Assembly: GCA_964487135.1 (NCBI GenBank)
Contig: CAZAOU010000002.1
Coordinates: 934-64,933 of the forward strand
From: an uncultured Candidatus Saccharibacteria bacterium
GTDB taxonomy: Bacteria; Patescibacteriota; Minisyncoccia; Phycocordibacterales; CAIRYW01
DNA: 64,000 bases
Direction of reading: 5' to 3'
Part shown: piece after piece, positions 29,373 to 37,783 of the stretch
How positions within the stretch are numbered: position 1 is the stretch's first letter
How the letters are laid out: every line of letters begins with the position of its first letter
Notes under the pieces: model-generated
The model's database searches: none
What the model was told of the DNA's origin: nothing
The model's input: the letters and a program-made list of their open reading frames with translations, nothing else
Position numbers and translations under genes: made by a program

Positions 29373-29825
29373 ATGCATATGCAAAATGAAATAAAAGAAA
29401 AAATAAAAGATGCTATGCGAGCTAAAGACGAAATTAAGCTTGCGGTATTTAGGAGTATCTCAGCAGCTTTTACAAATGATTTAGTTTCAAAAAACAGAAC
29501 ACCTCAAGATATTCTAACGGATGAAGAATGTATGGATGTTGTTAGACGCTTAGCAAAGCAACGAAAAGATTCTATTGAACAGTTTGAAAAAGGAGGACGG
29601 CCAGAACTTGCTGAAGCAGAAAGAAAAGAACTATCGGTATTAGAAACACTTCTTCCTCAAATGATGGATAAGATGGAGATTAAAAAATTTGCTGAGGCAA
29701 AGAAAACAGAAATGGGAATAACCGACAAGACTAAATCTGGAATTTTGATGGGTGCTTTAATGAAAGACCTAAAAGGAAAAGCTGACGGCTCTGATGTTAA
29801 AGAAGTTGTTGAATCTCTTTTCTAA
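29373..29825 (+). CDS. GatB/YqeY domain protein
   Basis: 'IKEKIKDAMRAKDEIKLAVFRSI...DILTDEECMDVVRRLAKQRKDSIEQFEKGGRPELAEAERKEL' typical YqeY. Confidence 0.75.
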   Translation: MHMQNEIKEKIKDAMRAKDEIKLAVFRSISAAFTNDLVSKNRTPQDILTDEECMDVVRRLAKQRKDSIEQFEKGGRPELAEAERKELSVLETLLPQMMDKMEIKKFAEAKKTEMGITDKTKSGILMGALMKDLKGKADGSDVKEVVESLF

Positions 29826-29837
29826 ATCTTATAAATT

Positions 29838-30236
29838 TTATAGTTTTTGGCATCCTGATTCTGTACACCTGACAGCATCTGTAGTATTTCGGGCTGTAAA
29901 TGTAAAAGTGCCCGCCGCCTGATCGGTATCAAAATTAGTATCATCAGATACATCATATGCCCAGCCAGTTGGTAAATTTAACCAATTTGTAGAAGAACCA
30001 TCACACAAAGCTCCTCCACCACCATTTTGAGTAGCTGTAGGTTGGTTTAAGTTTTTACTATCCAAAATACACTGAAATCCAATACTAACCAGAGATCTCA
30101 TTGAAGCCTGAACACTTGCAACACTCGCCTTTCCTCTGGCATTACTAAGAGACGCTAAAACAACAGAAGATAAAATACCAATAATTGCAATTACAACAAG
30201 AAGTTCTATGAGTGTGAATCCGCGTTTCTTTGACAT
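29838..30236 (-). CDS. type IV pilin / pseudopilin (class III signal peptide)
   Basis: '[25 protein letters not shown]' prepilin cleavage/methylation motif; C-terminal Cys pair. Confidence 0.75.
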   Translation of the reverse strand: MSKKRGFTLIELLVVIAIIGILSSVVLASLSNARGKASVASVQASMRSLVSIGFQCILDSKNLNQPTATQNGGGGALCDGSSTNWLNLPTGWAYDVSDDTNFDTDQAAGTFTFTARNTTDAVRCTESGCQKL

Positions 30237-30332
30237 TCATATATTATATATCATTAATAAAACCAAAACATCATTTTGCCAATAAACCAAAAAACTGTTA
30301 TATTTTTTTTGTTTTTAGTTTATTCCTGTATT

Positions 30333-30364
30333 CTCTATCCACTATAAACTACTAACTATCCACT
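30333..30364 (+). promoter_or_regulatory. two copies of CTATCCACT motif in the tRNA-Glu/pilin intergenic region
   Basis: 'ctatccactataaactactaactatccact'; first copy fused to a TATAAA -10-like hexamer ~27 nt upstream of the tRNA. Confidence 0.3.
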
Positions 30365-30372
30365 TCTGCAAC

Positions 30373-30444
30373 GGCCCTATCGTCTAACGGTTAGGACATT
30401 GCCTTCTCAAGGCAGTAATCGGGGTTCGATTCCCCGTGGGGTCA
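30373..30444 (+). tRNA. tRNA-Glu (anticodon CTC)
   Basis: Manual fold gives a 7-bp acceptor ggcccta/tggggtc, D-arm gtct/ggac and anticodon stem ttgcc/ggcag. The loop ttCTCaa gives anticodon CTC. A 4-nt variable loop precedes the T-arm cgggg-ttcgatt-ccccg. CCA is not encoded. Confidence 0.75.
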
Positions 30445-30530
30445 CAAAAAGATACTCGTTCAATCTTTTTCACTAAGAAAGCTTCTACCGTCATATTGAC
30501 TTTTAATGAAAACATGTCAAATTTGTTGCT

Positions 30531-30707
30531 ATGAAAAAACTATTCTTCGTAGGGAGCTACACCTTCGTAGCAGGATGCCTTGCTAACGCATTTGGTTGGT
30601 GGTGGTTAAAGTCTCCCTGCCTTGTCCAACTCGGACATTTACTCATGGGATTGGGAGGTGGATTTTCCATATTGGGAGCATGGAAGAAAATGTCTGGAAA
30701 TGAATAG
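30531..30707 (+). CDS. small hydrophobic peptide (58 aa), Trp-rich
   Basis: 'MKKLFFVGSYTFVAGCLANAFGWWWLKSPCLVQLGHLLMGLGGGFSILGAWKKMSGNE'; GC-rich; below the ORF-track cut-off. Confidence 0.2.
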   Translation: MKKLFFVGSYTFVAGCLANAFGWWWLKSPCLVQLGHLLMGLGGGFSILGAWKKMSGNE

Positions 30708-30806
30708 TATTTCCCTATGAGTAATTAAAGTGCTCGAAGTCTTCTGACCTAGGGCGCATTTTTTATAATAATTGACAGCAACAATCTAAATGCTAGTCTC
30801 ATAAAC

Positions 30807-31199
30807 ATGAAAACCTACTCCACCCAATTTCGGGTCGAGGAAGCGCACCTTGATAAAGGAAACCACATGAATTGGCTGGCTCAACTTGCAATTGCTCAAG
30901 AACTTCATTTCCAATTCAGAGAAGAATTGGGATTGGGACTCGAGGAACTGCAAACGAAGCACAATTTGTTTTTGGTTATGGGGGTAGTGAAAGATGTCAC
31001 CTATCGTAGACAATTAAGATGTGGCGACATTGTAGATGTCGAAATGACGATGTCTATCTTAAGTCTCACAAGACTAGAGTTTCACTGCACTTTTCGCATC
31101 CATGGACAAACTGCCACGGAAATGAGTTGGGTAATGCCACTCGTATCTGGAGAACGTCCTGCCAAAATTCCTATGTGGATGACAACAATCATCAATTAA
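30807..31199 (+). CDS. hotdog-fold acyl-CoA thioesterase (4HBT/YbgC-like)
   Basis: 'FRVEEAHLDKGNHMNWLAQLAIAQELHFQF' matches the 4HBT catalytic-region pattern; GC-rich. Confidence 0.6.
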   Translation: MKTYSTQFRVEEAHLDKGNHMNWLAQLAIAQELHFQFREELGLGLEELQTKHNLFLVMGVVKDVTYRRQLRCGDIVDVEMTMSILSLTRLEFHCTFRIHGQTATEMSWVMPLVSGERPAKIPMWMTTIIN

Positions 31200-31329
31200 C
31201 CCGCCACCATGACAAGCTAGTGAGAAGCTAGTCAGCATTAGCGGGTATTTTTTACAAAAATTTCACTTAACTTAATAAACGGAATTTTTTACTGGATTCT
31301 TATTTTATTATATTTAAACTTAAAACGCC

Positions 31330-32355
31330 CTAATTCCTACGGTTTCTCAATTGTGTTTGATAATCTGCTATTCCCCATGATTCTCCCCTAAGTCTTACAA
31401 GATCAAGCTCATAATCTCTAATTGTTTCTGAGGGAGAACGATCAAAAGTATACCCGTCGCTTAATTTGGGACGATAATCTGGACTCAGCACATGAGCAAC
31501 ATCACGAATTCCACGACTAACCCTTCTAACAAAACCACTGAAAGTTTGTCTTTTTTTAATTTCTTCTATTTCTTGTTCAATGCTTTCAGAAGCTTTTCTT
31601 ATAGCAACAAGCATTTTATCAGTTTCTTCTAAAGAAGGGTGTTGTCTTACCAAATCTTCAAAAGTCTTAAATCGAGCCCATGACTCAATAGATTCTTCTC
31701 TTCGTCTTTCCAAACCTTTAGAATTAAATCCTTTCCCTTCATCAGATTCTGCACCTTTTTTAAAACTGTCAGATTCTACTTGTTTTCCAGTTAACCACCT
31801 CCTAAAATCCGCTACATCTTCATGATCTCTTTCTTTTACTGCTCTAAAAAAATTAGCTAACATGGACAGAGATACATACTCAACAGAAAACTCACCTTTT
31901 TTACGTAACGCTTCATCCTGTTGTTTAAAAGTATCTTCCATCATTTTTTGTACCTCGTCTGCAATAGGGAATCCTTTTTTACTACTATCCCATTTATGCC
32001 AGACATCTTGAGATTCATCTTTACCACCTTCTTCAAAATTTGAACTAGATTCTCTATCAATCATAGTAAGAATCTTTCCTGCATTTTCTGCAATAAGTTC
32101 TTTTCCTTTAGTTTTTCCTGTAATTTCTCTCTTACTATCTGGATGTGTTTTTCTAATTTGGACCGCTTCAAAAAATGAGCTGTCTTCTAAAGCTTTAAAA
32201 TATAACCGCGAAGAAATTCCTCTCTCTTTTTGTCTTTCTTTTGGATCAATATCGGTATCACTACGTTCAATGGTTGTTTCAGGTACGATCGGGCTATCCT
32301 CTAATTTTTCAGCATCATCCGGTCCTGATACTACTGCTGGTTCTTCAAATGACAT
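31330..32355 (-). CDS. hypothetical acidic/charged soluble protein
   Basis: 341-aa ORF, no TM, no recognisable motif. Confidence 0.45.
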   Translation of the reverse strand: MSFEEPAVVSGPDDAEKLEDSPIVPETTIERSDTDIDPKERQKERGISSRLYFKALEDSSFFEAVQIRKTHPDSKREITGKTKGKELIAENAGKILTMIDRESSSNFEEGGKDESQDVWHKWDSSKKGFPIADEVQKMMEDTFKQQDEALRKKGEFSVEYVSLSMLANFFRAVKERDHEDVADFRRWLTGKQVESDSFKKGAESDEGKGFNSKGLERRREESIESWARFKTFEDLVRQHPSLEETDKMLVAIRKASESIEQEIEEIKKRQTFSGFVRRVSRGIRDVAHVLSPDYRPKLSDGYTFDRSPSETIRDYELDLVRLRGESWGIADYQTQLRNRRN

Positions 32356-32441
32356 AAATTTATGTTTATAAACTTTAATAAGTGTTTTAATTATACGCCT
32401 TGGTTTTCACAATTCAAATATAAATCTGATACAATAATGTA

Positions 32442-32747
32442 ATGGCTATGCGCCTAAACCCCTATATAAATGCAGTTGCGGCGTCATCATACATTTGTAT
32501 GATTGGGGCATTTTTCAGATTTATGAATTTAACCCAGTCTGATAAGCCAGACACCATAATGGCTCCAATGATTGCTCTTTCGCTTCTTGTATTCTCTGTA
32601 GCACTTATGGCTTTTCTGTTTTTTTACTATCCCCTAATACTTCTTTTAGAAAACAAGCGAGATCAAGCTGTATCATTTTTCTTAAAAACTTTGGGAACAT
32701 TTTTTATTTTTGTTCTTGTATTACTAGCATCAATTAGTATTCAGTAA
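32442..32747 (+). CDS. hypothetical small membrane protein
   Basis: 101 aa, 3 hydrophobic helices; directly precedes the glutaredoxin-like gene. Confidence 0.4.
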   Translation: MAMRLNPYINAVAASSYICMIGAFFRFMNLTQSDKPDTIMAPMIALSLLVFSVALMAFLFFYYPLILLLENKRDQAVSFFLKTLGTFFIFVLVLLASISIQ

Positions 32748-32996
32748 ATGAACATCATTATTTACACAAAAACTGGTTGCCCATGGTGCAACGACGCCTT
32801 AGCAATGTTAAAAGAAAAAAATATCCCTTTTGAGGAACGCGAGGTTAGAAATAATGAAAAACACTACGAAGAATTGGTTGAAAAATCTGGGCAAGACAAA
32901 ACACCAACACTTGATATAGATGGGTTTATTTTGGCAGATTCTGACAAAGATCAAATCGCCCAATATTTAAAAGAAAAAGGATTTAAGGGGTTTTAA
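32748..32996 (+). CDS. glutaredoxin-like protein (CPWC active site)
   Basis: 'IIIYTKTGCPWCNDALAMLKEKNIPFEE' thioredoxin-fold CxxC. Confidence 0.7.
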   Translation: MNIIIYTKTGCPWCNDALAMLKEKNIPFEEREVRNNEKHYEELVEKSGQDKTPTLDIDGFILADSDKDQIAQYLKEKGFKGF

Positions 32997-34285
32997 GGTC
33001 TTTTTAGCCATTCTATCTCCTGGCGCACCAGAAGCTCGGATTTCTTTTCTGGCTCAGCCATCAAAGCTTCAACAACACGCTCCATTCTCATGCTTTGAGA
33101 ACCTTTTACATATACGACATCACCTTTCTTTATAATATCAATAAGTTTTTTTCCGGCATCAATAGAATTTTCAAAAAATAAAACGTTTTCCCTATCTGCC
33201 CCAACCTCAAGAGCTCCGTGAGCAAACTCTTTTGAGCGAATTCCAACACTAGCAACAATATCTGAAACTTTTCCAGCAATCTCACCCAATCTTCTGTGCT
33301 CAGAAGAAGAATGTTTACCTAATTCAAGCATATCACCAACAACAACAATTTTTCTTCCTAAAATTTTTAATGACTCAACCAGTTTCAAACCCTCTTCAAC
33401 AGCTGTTGGTGAAGCGTTGTATGTATCGTCAATAATTGTTGAATTATTTATACCTTTTATTATATGCATCCTACCTTTTGGACTTTCATGCAAAGAAAAT
33501 GCTTCAGAGACTTCTAAAAGATTAACCCCTTTTGCATGAGCAACAGCAAAAGCAGCCAAAACAGGATAAATATGTTGGACACCAAGACAATCTTTTAAAA
33601 CTATAGGAAAACTATTCCCCCCCAAATCAACACGAGCTGTCATTCCTGAAGGATTTTCTTCTTTGTCGTAAGCAACAGAAATATAAGATCCGTATAAATC
33701 TGCATGTTCTTTTATACCGAATGTAATAATTTTTGCAGAAGTTAAAGCTTTCATCTCTACAACATCAGGATCATCTGCATTTAGAATAACCACTCCGTCT
33801 GATTTTGTTCCTTTTACTAATTCACTCTTTTCTTTTGCAACCTGAGCTGGAGATTTATAAAACTCAACATGAACAGGCACCTTACCTACTCGAGTAACAA
33901 TAGAAATATCTGGTTTTATCCAAGAAACTGCGCTCTTAATTTCTCCCGGTCTATCAGCCCCAATTTCAAGAACAAGCAGTGTTGGATAAGAACGTCCAAG
34001 AGCAACAAATGCACCTCGAATAATATTTAGTATCCATTGTTTAGTATCGTTCCAAGGATTTTCAAGTCCCAAAATTGTAAGAGGAATTCCGATCTCACTA
34101 TTAAAACTTTTTGCACTTTTTCTAACATGAAAAAAAGGAGTAAGAGCAGTATAAACAGCATCTTTGGTAGATGTTTTGCCAACACTTCCAGTAATAGCAA
34201 CCACAAAAGGTTTATGCCGTTTTAAAGCAATTTTAGATTCTAATGTAAGAATATAGACAACAATTTTTTTTATAGTATTTTTCAT
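32993..34285 (-). CDS. murF: UDP-N-acetylmuramoyl-tripeptide--D-alanyl-D-alanine ligase
   Basis: P-loop 'AITGSVGKTSTKD'; 'IIDDTYNASP' (MurF DDSYNANP signature); directly downstream of ftsI. Confidence 0.75.
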   Translation of the reverse strand: MKNTIKKIVVYILTLESKIALKRHKPFVVAITGSVGKTSTKDAVYTALTPFFHVRKSAKSFNSEIGIPLTILGLENPWNDTKQWILNIIRGAFVALGRSYPTLLVLEIGADRPGEIKSAVSWIKPDISIVTRVGKVPVHVEFYKSPAQVAKEKSELVKGTKSDGVVILNADDPDVVEMKALTSAKIITFGIKEHADLYGSYISVAYDKEENPSGMTARVDLGGNSFPIVLKDCLGVQHIYPVLAAFAVAHAKGVNLLEVSEAFSLHESPKGRMHIIKGINNSTIIDDTYNASPTAVEEGLKLVESLKILGRKIVVVGDMLELGKHSSSEHRRLGEIAGKVSDIVASVGIRSKEFAHGALEVGADRENVLFFENSIDAGKKLIDIIKKGDVVYVKGSQSMRMERVVEALMAEPEKKSELLVRQEIEWLKRP

Positions 34286-34289
34286 GTTT

Positions 34290-35993
34290 TTATCTGTCTG
34301 GTGGAATATTGTAATAATTGATTAAAAATTTAGACAATGAAAGAAACGGCTCCGCAAGAGTCTCTGCCGCAAACTGCACTCCTTTCGGGTAGACAGTATA
34401 CATTAGAACCAAAAATTGAGGGTTATAGGCCGGAAAATAGCCCACAAACGAGTGTAAAACCCTATCAGAGTAATATCCCCCTTCTGGACTTGCTATCTGC
34501 GCAGTGCCCGTTTTGGCTGCTACAGAATAATGAGGGTTTTTACCTTTTCCATTCAAAAGAGAGGTATCAACAACTTTTACAAGCATACGCGTTATTTCGT
34601 CTGCTGATTCTTTTTTGATAGCTTGTTTGCCTACATAACCTTCTAAGGGATCAAAAGAAATACCATCAGAATATTCTATTTTTTTTACAACATGAGGTTT
34701 TACCAAAACACCCCCATTTGCAAGAGCCGACATAGCCCTAACTGTTGAAACCGGAGTTAGAGCAATTCCCTGACCAAACGAAGCAGTTATATATTCAATG
34801 GTTCTTGGACTCTTTAAATTTCCAACGATATTTTGGGCTTCATTTGGCAAATCAATTCCAGTTTTTTCTCCAAGACCATAGCTCATCATATATTCACCAA
34901 ATTTTTTAGTTCCAAGTTTAGTAACAACATAAGAAACACCTGTATTTAAAGAATGATTCAAAACTTCCTGCATTGATATTTGTCCTCTACCTTTTTTGTC
35001 ATAATTGTAAATTGTTTCAGTATCCACAGAAAAACTTCCCTTATCAAAATATGTTGACGAAGGAGTTACAACACCCGCATCAATACCTGCAGCCATCGTA
35101 AGTGGTTTAATAATTGAACCCATCTCTTTTACCTCCTCAACTAGTGGGTTAGAAAAAACCAACGCTGATTTTTCTTTTGAAAAATTATTTGGGTCAAAAT
35201 TTGGAAAACTAGCCATTGCATAAATCTCGCCATTTTTTGGATTAATTATTATTCCCGATGTTTCCGCAGAAGACCATCCGGTATGAACTTTTTTTAGAGT
35301 CTCTTCCAAAGAAGTTTGCACTGTTGGTTCTATTGTTGAAAGCAAATCACCCTCTCGTTCTCCCCCATTAAGACCGGACTTTATATTCGAAAATATCTCA
35401 ACAAAAAAATTTGCATATAAATCCTTTTCTTTTCGAGAAAGTGTTTTGTCATAAAATTTTTCAAGTCCATATCTTCCAGCCAGTTCATCACCTTTATAAG
35501 CAACAATACCCAAAACATGAGAAGCATTTTCACCGCCCGGATAGACTCTCCAACGCTCTTTTACCAAACGAACTGAAGGAATTTTTAAGGCGGAAATTTT
35601 TAATGCAGTTTGTTCGTCAATTTTTTTTGCAATTTCTTCGTATGGATCGTTTTCTTTTTTTGCTTTTTCAATAAAAGAATCTTTATCAAGTGAAATAAAT
35701 TTACTTAGGGTTTCAAAAAGTTCTTCGGGATTACTAATTGCTTTTGGAATAATTGCTATAGTAAATCCCGTCTTTACACCGGCAGCAGAAATACGAGAAC
35801 CGTCTTTGTGTTCAAAATAAATGTTTCCTCTATTAAAAATTCCGCCTGATGATTTTGAATATTGTCTATCAGCCAAACCAACAAATTGATCATGCCTTAA
35901 AATCTGTAAAAAATATAATTTGGCAATAAAAACAAAGCCAACTGCCACTACGCATAAAGATAATATGCGTATTGATAAAGTTGACCTCTTCAT
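34290..35993 (-). CDS. ftsI: penicillin-binding protein (class B transpeptidase, FtsI-like)
   Basis: N-terminal TM, SxxK 'SIIKP', SxN 'SLNTG', KTG 'KTGTAQ'. Confidence 0.85.
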   Translation of the reverse strand: MKRSTLSIRILSLCVVAVGFVFIAKLYFLQILRHDQFVGLADRQYSKSSGGIFNRGNIYFEHKDGSRISAAGVKTGFTIAIIPKAISNPEELFETLSKFISLDKDSFIEKAKKENDPYEEIAKKIDEQTALKISALKIPSVRLVKERWRVYPGGENASHVLGIVAYKGDELAGRYGLEKFYDKTLSRKEKDLYANFFVEIFSNIKSGLNGGEREGDLLSTIEPTVQTSLEETLKKVHTGWSSAETSGIIINPKNGEIYAMASFPNFDPNNFSKEKSALVFSNPLVEEVKEMGSIIKPLTMAAGIDAGVVTPSSTYFDKGSFSVDTETIYNYDKKGRGQISMQEVLNHSLNTGVSYVVTKLGTKKFGEYMMSYGLGEKTGIDLPNEAQNIVGNLKSPRTIEYITASFGQGIALTPVSTVRAMSALANGGVLVKPHVVKKIEYSDGISFDPLEGYVGKQAIKKESADEITRMLVKVVDTSLLNGKGKNPHYSVAAKTGTAQIASPEGGYYSDRVLHSFVGYFPAYNPQFLVLMYTVYPKGVQFAAETLAEPFLSLSKFLINYYNIPPDR

Positions 35994-36295
35994 TATCTCC
36001 TAAATGAAACCTCACTATTTGAGGCCTTAGCTATTATTGTGTCTTTTGCTTCAACAAACCCTCTATCAACAGCCATTTGCTCGTTTATTGAAGATTTTAA
36101 TGATAAATATGAAAATTCTAGTTCGCTTAAAGTGGTAGACAATTCTGCGCTTCTTTTTTCAGCATTTTGGCGTGCCAAAGTATTATTTACTGTTATTCCA
36201 ACAAAATACATATAAAGAAAAACCATTACCACACAGGCGCTACTTATTGACCAAAAAGATCTTTGATATTTATAAAGTGATGGAACTGTTGTCAT
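35993..36295 (-). CDS. ftsL: cell division protein FtsL-like (single TM + coiled coil)
   Basis: 100 aa, TM 'VVMVFLYMYFVGITV', position between rsmH and ftsI. Confidence 0.55.
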   Translation of the reverse strand: MTTVPSLYKYQRSFWSISSACVVMVFLYMYFVGITVNNTLARQNAEKRSAELSTTLSELEFSYLSLKSSINEQMAVDRGFVEAKDTIIAKASNSEVSFRR

Positions 36296-37182
36296 ATTTT
36301 TTCAATGATACGAAGTTTGGAACTTCGTGAACGAGGATTTTCTTTTTGTTCCTCGCGTGAAGGAGTAATTGGTTTTTTGACTACAAGTTTTGCTTTTTTT
36401 GTTACTGACAGATTTTTAAAGAATTGCTTTACCTCTCTATCAGAAACACTCTCAAAACTTATTACCGCTATTCGTCCTCCACTAGAGAGTCTTTCAAAAG
36501 TTGCTGAAAGGCCCTCTATAAGAGACTGAATCTCATCGTTAACCACGACCCTAATTGCTTGAAACGTTTTTGTTGCTGGATGAATTTTTCTTCTTCGATA
36601 CCAAACCGGCACAGCGTTCCAAATTATTTCGCGAAGCTCTTCTGATGTTTGAATCGGTTTTATTTCTCTGGCCTCACATATAGCTTTGGCAATTCTTTTT
36701 GAAAAAGATTCTTCACCGTACGCCTTAATGATTATGTCTAGATTTTCTAGAGAAAATGAATTCACGACATCTTTTGCCGTTAAATCTTCTTTTGTAGGAT
36801 TAGATTTAAAGGTCATCAAAAGAGGTTCGTTCTTTTGAAAACTAAATCCTCTGCCTGAATCTTCAAGCTGATCGGAACTTAATCCCAAATCAAACATTGC
36901 GCCGTTTATTTTTAAAATACCAAGATCATCAAGATATTTTTTTATATTCTTGAAATTTGACTCGATACCAAAAACTTTTGCTCCAGTTTTTTTTACCGCA
37001 TCAACACCTTTTTGTAAGGCAACTCCATCAGCATCAAAACCTACAATGGTGCAATTACCTTTAAGTAATTTTGATAAAAAAACCGAATGTCCCCCGCTAT
37101 TTAATGTGCCATCCAAATAGATGCCGTTATTTTGCGGAAGAAGCGCGTTCACTGTTTCTTGTAAAAGAACTGTCTTGTGCAT
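36292..37182 (-). CDS. rsmH: 16S rRNA (cytosine1402-N4)-methyltransferase
   Basis: 'HKTVLLQETVNALLPQNNGIYLDGTLNSGGHS','GFSFQKNEPLLMTF'. Confidence 0.9.
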   Translation of the reverse strand: MHKTVLLQETVNALLPQNNGIYLDGTLNSGGHSVFLSKLLKGNCTIVGFDADGVALQKGVDAVKKTGAKVFGIESNFKNIKKYLDDLGILKINGAMFDLGLSSDQLEDSGRGFSFQKNEPLLMTFKSNPTKEDLTAKDVVNSFSLENLDIIIKAYGEESFSKRIAKAICEAREIKPIQTSEELREIIWNAVPVWYRRRKIHPATKTFQAIRVVVNDEIQSLIEGLSATFERLSSGGRIAVISFESVSDREVKQFFKNLSVTKKAKLVVKKPITPSREEQKENPRSRSSKLRIIEKI

Positions 37183-37185
37183 ATT

Positions 37186-37620
37186 TTAGAAAGCGCCAGT
37201 TGAAGAAAGTTTCTCAGCTAGACTGTCTGCCTGACTAACAACTTTTCTCTTATATGCCTCCCATCGTTTTTCATTCCACATTTCAATGCGCTTGTGCACA
37301 CCAATAAAAACGACTTTGCCTTTAATATCAGAAAAGTTTCTTAGGTGTTCTGGCATCAGTATTCGTCCAAGATTATCTATCTCTACTTCTACTGCGCCTC
37401 CAAACATAAACCTATTAAACTCTCTGGTATCAGCTTTCATCATTCCGAGCTTTGCTATTTCTTCTGAGATTTTTTCCCACTCCTTTAAAGGATAAAGAAA
37501 TAAGCACTGCTCTAACCCATAAGTGGCAACAATTTTTTTACCCATCTCCTTGCGAAACTTAGACGGCAAAGAAATGCGGTTTTTGTCGTCTATTGAATGT
37601 GTGTATTCGCCGATAAGCAT
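37186..37620 (-). CDS. mraZ: transcriptional regulator MraZ
   Basis: Two MraZ/AbrB-type repeats, 'DDKNRISLPSKFR' and 'EIDNLGRILMPEHLR'. Confidence 0.9.
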   Translation of the reverse strand: MLIGEYTHSIDDKNRISLPSKFRKEMGKKIVATYGLEQCLFLYPLKEWEKISEEIAKLGMMKADTREFNRFMFGGAVEVEIDNLGRILMPEHLRNFSDIKGKVVFIGVHKRIEMWNEKRWEAYKRKVVSQADSLAEKLSSTGAF

Positions 37621-37659
37621 TATTTTTTAAACTCAGAAAGCGTGGTCGCTCGCTTTCTA

Positions 37660-37732
37660 AATTCCACTTTATACCACTTGCTTACCATTTTATACCACTC
37701 TGTTACATATGCAATCCAAAGTTTTCCACAAA
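37660..37732 (-). promoter_or_regulatory. putative MraZ operator: phased GTGG direct repeats in the mraZ upstream region
   Basis: On the gene strand, GTGG repeats (CCAC on + at 37664, 37674, 37695, 37726) spaced 10, 21 and 31 nt apart. Two occur within 'agtggtataaa', which overlaps a -10-like TATAAA. Confidence 0.35.
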
Positions 37733-37735
37733 ATA

Positions 37736-37765
37736 AAAACCGCAATTATCATTGCGGTTTTTATT
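37736..37765 (-). terminator. intrinsic terminator downstream of lysS
   Basis: 'aaaaaccgcaattatcattgcggttttt' hairpin plus T-run. Confidence 0.55.
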
Positions 37766-37783
37766 TTGAATTTATACTTATTT

